Source: Blastocystis sp. Blastoise (lineage: Eukaryota > Protista > Bigyra: Opalinata). Taken from it: a stretch of 64,000 bases of DNA. Shown here one piece after another: positions 40,057 through 64,000 of the stretch (positions are counted from its first letter, which is position 1; every line of letters begins with the position of its first letter). Location: assembly GCA_039096225.1 (NCBI GenBank), contig JBBPEB010000034.1:1116001-1180000 (forward strand). The letters run 5' to 3'. The position numbers were made by a program, and so were the translations under genes. Below the pieces are notes generated by a model that did not search any database, had not been told where the DNA came from, and was given only the letters and a program-made list of their open reading frames with translations.

Positions 40057-41951
40057 ATGAACTCAAACGATAATCAACCCATTACTTCACCAGAACCTTC
40101 AACTCAAATTGAATCTTCTTCAAATAATAACGCAACCATCAGTGAGAATGTAGTTGCTACTCAAGAAAAGACAAATGCTGTTCCTTCAGATTCTTTAATT
40201 AGTGAGAAAAAAGAAACTATTGAACAACATATTGAAGAAGTATCTAAAAGTGAAAATGATATCTCTCCTATAAAAGGAGATGTAGAAATCAATAATCAAA
40301 CAAAGAATGATGATAATTCTCCTTCTCTTGTTGAATTAGACAAACAACCTAAGAAGAAAAATTGCTGTCATACTTTTAAGAAGATTTTAAATACTTGGAT
40401 TCCTATTACTGAATGGCTTCCTAAATATTCTTGGAGTAAATTTGGTTATGATCTTGTTGCTGGTTTAACTGTTGGTATTATGTCTATTCCTCAAGTATAT
40501 ATATATATATATTTATATATTCTATATATGTTTATATATTCTATATATGTTTATATATTCTATATATGTTTATATATGGTTATATATGTTTATATATTCT
40601 ATATAATATATATATATATATATATTCAATATATGTTTATATATTCAATATATGTTTATATATTCTATATATGTTTATATATTCTATATATGTTTATATA
40701 TGGTTATATATGTTTATATATGGTTATATATGTTTATATATTCTATATAATATATATATATATATATATTCAATATATGTTTATATATTCAATATATGTT
40801 TATATATTCAATATATGTTTATATATTCAATATATGTTTATATATTCTATATATGTTTATATATTCTATATATGTTTATATATGGTTATATATGTTTATA
40901 TATGTTTATATATGTTTATATATTCTATATAATATATATATATATATATATTCAATATATGTTTATATATTCAATATATGTTTATATATTCAATATATGT
41001 TTATATATTCAATATATGTTTATATATTCAATATATGTTTATATATTCAATATATGTTTATATATTCTATATATGTTTATATATTCTATATATGTTTATA
41101 TATGGTTATATATATAGGGTATGGCATACGCAATGTTAGCGAATTTGACTCCTATTTATGGTTTATATTGTTGTATTACTCCTGTTATTATGTATGGTAT
41201 TTTCAGTACTTCAAAATCAACTTCTATTGGTCCTTTTGCTTTAGGTATATTTATTTATTTATTTATATTATTATTATGTTTTTATACAATAATTATTTAT
41301 TATCTATAATTGTTTATAATGATTTTCTTTATATATATAGTATGTATGTTAATTGCTTCTACTGTTACTCCTATTGTGAACCCTGAAGAGAATATGGATG
41401 AATATATAACAACAGTCCTATGTTTAGCATTTATGGTCGGTATTCTACTTACTCTATTAGGTATACTTCATTTGGGTGTAATTACTTCTTTATTATCAGA
41501 GACTGTTATTACTGCATTTACTGCTTGTTCTGCGTTTAATATTGGAGGATCTCAATTGAAACACTATTTCGGTGCTACAATTACTAAAGATACCATCGTT
41601 GGAATTCTATTCGAATTATTCTCTGCTGAAAATGTATTTTCTATTTTATTATTATTATTTATTATGATCATGATTATTATTATTATTATTATTATTTATT
41701 ATGATTATGATTAATATTATTATTAATTATGATTATTATTATTATGATTATATATATATATATAGATTGCTCGTTATAATTGGTGTCAGTTTATTTTGGG
41801 TATAACTGCTACTATACTTCTTTGGTGTATGAAGGAGGCGAATAAGAAATGGTGTCCTAAGGTACCCATTCCTACAGAAGTATATATATATATATATATA
41901 TATAGTTATCTTATTTTATTATATTCTTCATATATTATAATCATATATTAT

Positions 41952-41987
<36 letters not shown>

Positions 41988-43499
41988 TATATATATATAG
42001 TTATTCTTGGTTATTATATATATTGCTATCAGTTGGGGATTTGATTTAAAGGGAAACTATAACATTAAATATCTTGGTGACTATGATATTCCTACTGGTT
42101 TACCTCCTTTTTCTGTCCCTGATTTCACTCATTTCGTTGAACTTATTCCTGGTATATAAATATATATATATATATATATAATTATATATAATAATATATA
42201 TATATATATATAACTATATATATATATATAGGTGCTATTGTAGTTACTGTTGTTGGTTTTGTAGTCACTTTCTCATTAAGTAAAATTTTTGCAAGAGAAG
42301 AAGGTGTTGCTGTTAGTGATAATCAAGAATTAGTTTCTTTAGGTCTAAGTAATCTTGTTGGTTCATTTATTTCTGCGTTCCCTGCCGCTGGGTCTCTCTC
42401 CAGATCTGCTTTATTACACTCTCTACATGCTGCTACTTCCTTCCATAGTTTCATTTCCCCTCTTCTTATTATCTTTGTACTTTATTTCCTTACAGGAGTT
42501 GTGAAGTTCCTTCCAAATAGTACTTTAGCTGCTGTGGTTGAAATCAATCTTATTTCTCTATTCAAGAAGTTGAAGAATATTGTAAAATGTTGGAAGGTTG
42601 ATATATGTGATTTCTTGGCTTTCCTTTGTTGTGGTTTAGTGACTATTACTTTGGGCACAACCGCGGGTCTAAGCACAGGCGTCAGTGTATCTTTAGTTTG
42701 TCTCGCGATTAAAATGATCGTTGTTATGAACAGAAAAGATACTTCTTTACCTGATGAAGTTGTTGTTATTGATGAAAAGAAACAATATGAGTACCGTGTG
42801 AATCATTGGTTTGCATTCTTAAATCGTAACGTCATTTATTCGAAAATAGAAAAATGTGCTGATGCTAATCTTGTATATTATTATTATTATATATATTATT
42901 AACAAAGTTATTATATATATTTATTATTAAATAAATTATTAATTGAATTATATATATTATTATTCATATTATTATTAACTATATATATACTCTATAGGAT
43001 AAGCTTTTTATAGTAAATATGACAACTGTTAAATATATCGATATGTCTGGTTTTATGTCACTTTCTGTATATAGATTAATTATATAAATAATAATAATAT
43101 ATAATATATAAATAATATAAATAATATATAAATAATATATAAATAATATATAAATAATATATAAATAATATACATAATATCTATAGGATTTACTTGATAA
43201 ATATTCAAATCTATATGTCGTAATAAAAGATGAAGAAGTGAATAAGCATATGATTGCTTTTGAATTAGTTAAATCTGAAGAAGAAATTGAAAAGATGAAA
43301 AAAGAGGGTAAAGAAATACCAAAACAACGTATATTCAAATCTATGGTTCTTTTAGAAGTATATATTGTATTATATATTATATATTCTTATAATCATATAT
43401 ATATATTTTATTCATTTAATAGACAATTCAATACTACTATTATTATTCATATAGGAACACTTAAAAACTATTGTATATCCTGAAGTTAAATCAAATTAA
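40057..43499 (+). CDS. SLC26/SulP anion transporter with C-terminal STAS domain
   Basis: [63 protein letters not shown], and STAS motif NMTTVKYIDMSG. Confidence 0.95.
40495..41117. repeat. 623-nt minisatellite intron (19-bp unit tatatatgtttatatattc and variants, with higher-order structure)
   Basis: Lies between ...ATT CCT CAA|gt and ag|GGT ATG GCA; the source of the YMFIYSIYVYIF pseudo-ORFs. Confidence 0.9.
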
Positions 43500-44738
43500 A
43501 TGAGAAATTCTTCTTCTATTCTTATATATATATATATATTTATATCTATTTATAATTATATAGTATATATATATATATATTTATTCACTGTGTTTATAGT
43601 ATTTAGTGTCGTTTTGTGAGTATTCTTCATTAAATTATTATTTTCTCAGTGTATATCTATATATATATATATAATTATATTCATTCTTTCATTTAAAAAA
43701 AAATTCTAGAATCTATTGATTCTATAATTAACCTTTTATTTATATTGCTATTTCTTTTTTTCTATTCATTATTTAAACTTATACTGTTATTTCTTTTTTT
43801 TTATGAATTTGTCTGTTTTCATTATTGTGTTACTATATACAAATTATATATATATATTAGTATATATAATTGAAACTATTCATATTCATAACTTGTATTT
43901 TATTTTGTTTTTATTTTTAAATATTTATATATTTCTTTAAAATATAATTCAATAATATTCAAGAAGACCTTTAAATAAGAAATTAACACATTTATTATAT
44001 TAAAAACATAATTTCATCTCGATTTAAAAAAAATTAATCATGAAAACAAGTATTTTGAAGTCATCTAATCAAGAATGAATATTATAATTATTATATAAAT
44101 TGCATCACAAGGTTCGTAATTTATAAATAAATAAATATATATTATTAGCACACTTTAATAAATAAAATACAGACATAAAACATACCATTTACTAAAAAAG
44201 AATCATATAAATAAATTAATTTTATAATTCAAGATTAAAAATCAACTCAGAGCATAGAATAAATATAAAATCAAGTTGACAAAAAGTCATTTACCTTTTC
44301 AAATTTGAATAGTTTATTTTTTTTTCTAATAAAATGAATACAAGTATGACTTTCATTTATAGAAGAATGTTTTACATTTTTTTGTTTAAAAAAAATGTAT
44401 AAATAGTTCACAGATTAGTAAATAAATTAGATGACATTTATTTTATAATTGTGTTTGATTTATATGAATTACCCAATAAAATGTGGTTTTTATTATAAAT
44501 GGAGATGAGTTTTTAAAATATAATTTTTTTTTGGTGAGTTTACTGAATTTAAGTATCTCTTCAATTCAGATGGTTCTGAAAATAAAATGACTGACTGAAA
44601 AAGGAAATAATATAAAAAAGAAAGTGTTTTTTTAATCACTTGAAATATAAATTAAGAAATTAACTTTAAATTCTTTGAGCTATTCTTATTTCTGTTCGCT
44701 GATATATTAAGCTAATAATCTACTTCATATATTTGTGA

Positions 44739-58615
<13,877 letters not shown>

Positions 58616-58799
58616 AACTCTATATATACTATTAAATTATATCTAGATTATTTTAAGTATTTTCATATATATTACGTAAAGTTTTTTTATTACTTTTTTA
58701 TGGTGATGATTATATATTTTTATATATGAATTATGTTATTATATTATTTAATTTTGTCTTTTTTCTATATCTATTTATGTTCATATTATATTATAAGAC

Positions 58800-58848
58800 C
58801 AAAACTATATATATTTTCTTTATATATAAGAAAATATATATAGTTTTG
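58800..58848. repeat. Perfect 21-bp inverted repeat with 7-nt loop
   Basis: CAAAACTATATATATTTTCTT-TATATAT-AAGAAAATATATATAGTTTTG. Confidence 0.9.
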
Positions 58849-60179
58849 TAAATAATTATTCTATTGGGTTTTATATACTTTTTTTTGATATGTATATATA
58901 TATATACATTATTTATCCATTACTTAATTGTATATATATTTATATGAATTAATTTTTTAGTAGCTATATATCGCTACTTTTCTTTTTCAATTTTTAAAGA
59001 ATTTTTGATGCTTATTTTATTTAACATAAAAATTTATATATTTATATGACTCTTATATATATTTATATACATCATATTTTAGCATCATATTATGTATTCT
59101 TTTTATATACTGATATATTTTATAATATTATATTTCTTTTAATTATTTGATTTTTAAGTTACCATTTGATAAAGTTACGTTTATGTTTAATAAATTGTTT
59201 TGTTAATACCTTTGTTATTATTATGATGAGAATTAAGATATATATATACATACATTTTGTTTAACTAAAAGATAGTAATGTTATGTTACAGAAGAAAACA
59301 ACTATATATCTTTTTGTCTTTTTCAATTCATTTCAGATATAACAATATATATAATTATGTATATGTATATTTTTAAAATTATATCTGATCAGAAATATGC
59401 TGTTATTCAAAAAAAGTCACTCATAACTATGTTTAGAAAATTCTTTGATTCTTCATTCCTTTTTCTTTATATAATAAAAGAATACTATATATGATAATAT
59501 AATATATAATATCATCAATATGAGATAAAAGAGTAATTCATATGATTATTAATAATGACTATTTATATATTAGCTAAAAATATCCTTTTTAAATAATCAT
59601 AATAGTCAGTATTAAAAGTATTCTTTATTTGTATCCATGAAAAATAAGTTTCAATATTATTTTAATAAAGAAATAGAATCATTATTGAAATAGGATATGA
59701 ATAATAATATTTTATGAGTATTTCCCTTTAATTGAGATTATTCTTTATTTGAAAAAAACGTTTAAAATATATATAGTTGCAATGAATTATTTAATATAAG
59801 TGGTCTATTAATTGATGCAATTAAAAGTATTATTTTTATATGAAATGTGCCTTTTAATATAATTTTTGTAATTATTCGTCTATGTATCTAATTGTTCTAA
59901 ATGAAGATTGAGTAGTTTCTATGAACAAGAAGTGCATTTAAATAAGAAAAACACATATTCACATGTGACACAAGAAAACGGAGTTTCATAGCAAGAATGA
60001 ATTATAGAGAAGATAACAAACAAGTAACATACTTGAGTTATTATTAATAAATGTATGAATCTATATTATTGAGGATATAACAAAAAAAAAAATGGAAAAA
60101 GATGATGATTTTTTCTGAATATTATTTCAGATTCTTATTGTTTTTAAAAAATTGAATCTCGTTTTTGAGTAAATTCTTC

Positions 60180-62157
60180 ATGGAGGGAAGGAAGATTCCA
60201 AAGAGATCATATACATTAGTGAATGTATCAGCGAATTTATTGAATGAAGCAAGTATATCTAAAGTATTAGGTGATGAATCAACATTAAGAGAGTCTATTC
60301 AGAATGAGAGTCAGCAGATACCATTCCAACTGCATTATGAAAATCCATTTACACCAAAAATAATGTTAGAAAGAAAAGAATCTAATGCATTATTATTAAA
60401 AGTGAGTTCTTGCGATATATCAAAGAATGCATCTGGTTACGAGGCATCTATAGTTGGAAGAATTGAATCAGAATATTCTACAGATTCATTAAGTGACTTT
60501 ATTTATCTTCCGGAACGTCCATTAATTTCACATATAGGTGATTCTATTGTTCCTAATATATCTCTATGTGATCATCCACCTGAGAGTATATGTTATGTGA
60601 ATTCTCGTTGGTCTGTTTATAATAAGCCATTTTTATATAAATTTAAATCAAGACTTAATGAAGGTAATATATTGAGTATTTAATATTATTAATATATATA
60701 TATAGGAATTGTTCATAATACGAGTGGAATGTGGTATGTATCTATTGATGATGAAAGTATATATATATATATATTATTCATAAATAATACTAATAGTATA
60801 ATTATTATTATATATAGTACCCAAAGAGCCAACATCAACCTATTTATTAACACAAAAGAATTTAGATAATTCTTTGATAAATAGAATTCAATCTTTATTT
60901 AATACACAACCTCTATGGACAAAAGTTGAACTAGCGAAACAATTAGATGTATAATGTTATTATATATTATTATGATAATTTTTATTTTTTTCTTATGATT
61001 ATGTGTGTTTTAATATTATTTTTTATGATTATGATTTATATATTGTATTTTAATATAATTCTATATAAATATGTTTATAATATCCTATAGATAACTCAAG
61101 ATATTCTTCGAAAATATTTACCTTCATGTGCATATATGTATAGCGATGGTCCTTTTAGACAACAATGGGTTCAATATAATTATGATCCTAAAATACACCC
61201 TGAATGTTGGAAATATCAAGTATATATATATATATGGTATTAATAATATAATATATAGTATATAGATGTACGTATATCTCGGAAACCTACAAAAGAAGGA
61301 GTTCGAAAAGAAGATGTATATTCTATATATATATATAGTATTATATATATATATATATATATAGCCTCTTCCTCCATATATGGATATCACCATCAATCAA
61401 CGAAATAAAATACCTATTTATCTTCTCTATAATAATAAAGATTATACGGATATATTATCTACTATTACTCCTCAATCTACGTTTAATTCTGTACATGGAT
61501 ATTTACAAGAGAACTCGTTAAGAGCAGTTGCTGATTTATTTAAATCAAAATTATTAACATTTTATGAATCTTTAGGCTATAATTGTAAAGGAGTATATAT
61601 ATATATATTTTTTTTGATTATATATATATATTTTTTTTGATTATATATATAGTTTATTCTAAATCAATCCAAACAAAAATATGCATTAAGAACTGATGGT
61701 ATATATATAATAGACTATTATTATTTTTATTCTTTATTTCTATAGTTATTCGAACCAATAAACAAAAATCATCAAGTAAATATATATATATAGTTTTAAA
61801 TCAATATATATAGATACATTTGATATATCTTCTATTCCTTCACTACCTATGGCTCCTCCTCAACCTCCTTCACTTACATCATCATCAAATACTCTATCTT
61901 ATATACATAATAATATGAATACTATGAATCCTAATTATATACCTGCATCACAACAATTACAATCCTTTGAATTATTCTCATCATCTGATGATAGTGATGA
62001 TGATAATGATAATAGTGATAATGATAATGAAAATAGTGATAATGATAATAGTGATAATAGTGATAATAATAATATGGATAATAGTGATAATGATAATATA
62101 GATAATAATTTTATAGATGAAGATCTTGAGGATGATCCTAATGACATAGATGTATAA
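60180..62157 (+). CDS. GTF3C5: TFIIIC subunit tau95 / GTF3C5 / Tfc1
   Basis: FQLHYENPFTPKI...SNALLLKV...IVGRIESEYSTDSLSDFIYLP; LFNTQPLWTK; LPSCAYMYSDGPFRQQWVQYNYDPKIHPECWKYQYIDVR; acidic tail FELFSSSDDSDDD. All match tau95 architecture. Confidence 0.9.
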
Positions 62158-62726
62158 AAGGAGTAAAATAATATAATAAAAAAATTTCAATAAATATGTT
62201 TTTCTTTATTGTAGTTGTGTTTTTTACTTTATATAAGCATTTTTTGTTTTATTATTATTTAAATAAATACTAAAAATAATCTAAAAAATCATTGAATCTA
62301 TTTCTAAATTTATCTATACTCATTCTAAACCAAATATTTCACATTTATAACAAAATACCCTCTAAATGTATTTTTTATCATTAAAGAATATTAAAAGATT
62401 ATTTATCTCATATCACTTTCATCAATAAACATTAAATATTCACATTTAAGAAACACCATACCCATAATTCCCATTCCATTTCTTTTAATAATCTTATAAT
62501 ATTCCTTATACCCATCTATAATCTCTAAAATTACCAAATAATCACAATAAAACCTAATTATTCTTCTAATAACAACAAATCTAAGCCTTCTTTTTCATCT
62601 CAATTCAACCACTTTCACTCATTTTTTCATTCCCTCACTACCGTTTTTCATCGGCTTTTCCCATCATCAGTTTTTCCTGATTTTCTATTTAAAAAAATCA
62701 ATTTTTAATTATCTTTAAACAAAGCA

Positions 62727-64000
62727 ATGAATTACTTTATCTTCATTTTCTTTATTATACTCTCTTCAGCTGCTTGTCCTAAGTATTATTATACTCCTTC
62801 TGGACAAGAGTCTTGTGTCTATTGCAACGGTGTTGTGTCTACTGGTGAAAATAACGAATCTCTATGTACTCCTTGTGCTGATGGATCTTTTGCTTATCAT
62901 GGTGTATGTGTTTCTGCTACAGAAACTTGTCCTAATGGAATTCCTTATGGTCAAACTTATGAAACGGAGACTGGTTGTGGTACTGGTTATTTCGGTATTA
63001 CGACTGCTTCTTGTATTCAAGTTAATAATGAATGGGTTGATTCTACAGAATATACAAATGGTTGTTTTGGTAATTCTCCTTTAAATAATGGATATCCTTT
63101 AGGTAAATCTGCTGTAAATATGCAATTAGAAATATCTGGCGTAGATCCTAGTGCATTCAATACTGAAGCTAAATTGAATATTGTATATTCTGTATTAAAT
63201 GCTTTTCCTTTTGCTATTGCTGATATTCAAATTGGTGGTATTATTAGTGTGAATGCGATTGGTGAAGAGCCTAAAGTTCGTATTTACCTTCGTATTGTGA
63301 CTATGCAAACTTATTATTATATATTCCAGAATTTAGTAACTATAGGAAATGTATATACAACTCCAAGTCAAGATATTACACATTATTTAAGAACTAATGG
63401 TAAATTATATTTCCATCAAGAAATACAAGCTAGTATAGTATATTGTGATTATATACAAGAACAAATAACTTGTGACGCTCCTACTGATTTACCTGAAGAA
63501 TATATTTCTAAAGATTTATTTATTTTAGATGATATCTTATATTATAGTTGTTCTAATTATAATGATGTTGAAAACATAGGATTTGCTACGCGAAAATGCT
63601 CAATTTCTGATAATACTGCTTTATTTACTTCTTTAGAATATTCGAATTGTTATCCTAAATATCCTGCTATTGATTCTGATGTTGAATATATTGATTTTAA
63701 AGTTATATTAAATAAAATACCTTTAGTCTATATAAATTGTAATATTACTTCAGAATTATATCCTTTATTTGTTGAAATAGCAGGTACAAAATTAAATGAT
63801 ATGTTTATCTATGGATTTAGACCTCATCAAACGGAACAATATTCTACTTCTACTGAAATGAGTATTCGTTATGTAGTTAAAAAGGATGAAATGCATTTAT
63901 ATGAAACAACAAAAACGATTAAAGAAGTATTAGTAAATCAATTAACTCTTGAAGAATTCAAACCTCTTATTCAAACGATTCGTGAAAAATTCAATTATTT
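62727..64000 (+). CDS. Secreted/surface Cys-rich protein, 3' end outside window
   Basis: Signal peptide MNYFIFIFFIILSSAA, then CPKYYYTPSGQESCVYCNG...CTPCADGSF and CGTGYFGITTASC. The frame appears open to the window end and is absent from the ORF track. Confidence 0.8.
   Translation, partial: MNYFIFIFFIILSSAACPKYYYTPSGQESCVYCNGVVSTGENNESLCTPCADGSFAYHGVCVSATETCPNGIPYGQTYETETGCGTGYFGITTASCIQVNNEWVDSTEYTNGCFGNSPLNNGYPLGKSAVNMQLEISGVDPSAFNTEAKLNIVYSVLNAFPFAIADIQIGGIISVNAIGEEPKVRIYLRIVTMQTYYYIFQNLVTIGNVYTTPSQDITHYLRTNGKLYFHQEIQASIVYCDYIQEQITCDAPTDLPEEYISKDLFILDDILYYSCSNYNDVENIGFATRKCSISDNTALFTSLEYSNCYPKYPAIDSDVEYIDFKVILNKIPLVYINCNITSELYPLFVEIAGTKLNDMFIYGFRPHQTEQYSTSTEMSIRYVVKKDEMHLYETTKTIKEVLVNQLTLEEFKPLIQTIREKFNY

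Overview
Very AT-rich, intron-rich eukaryotic nuclear DNA using the standard code. Most short ORFs in the supplied track are intron read-throughs or antisense shadows of low-complexity exons. The short introns, bacterial-type Ig/discoidin surface proteins and a presequence-bearing CitE fit an AT-rich Blastocystis-like stramenopile (inference, not proven). Manual splicing gives 14 protein genes: a giant Ub-like/LRR-like/coiled-coil protein running off the left edge, RPC3, a three-module type-I surface protein, METTL13, ADAT3, a Lifeguard/TMBIM, RNPS1/SR45-like, Mdm35/TRIAP1, CitE-family lyase, PA28, SLC26/SulP, a ~4,170-aa C2H2 zinc-finger protein, TFIIIC tau95, and a secreted Cys-rich protein running off the right edge. 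There are also two identical divergent tRNA-Thr(AGT) genes and a U5 snRNA. Most notable: (1) introns bracketed by self-complementary (TA)n, one being purely G(TA)24G; (2) a GW/Trp-repeat, Argonaute-hook-like platform on the giant zinc-finger protein; (3) a likely non-canonical GA-AG intron in the splicing-factor gene; (4) an unassigned ~240-nt nested-helix element between METTL13 and ADAT3; (5) excess exonic CCGCGG written with rare GC-ending codons; (6) co-location of Pol III/tRNA genes. All exon calls were made by eye.
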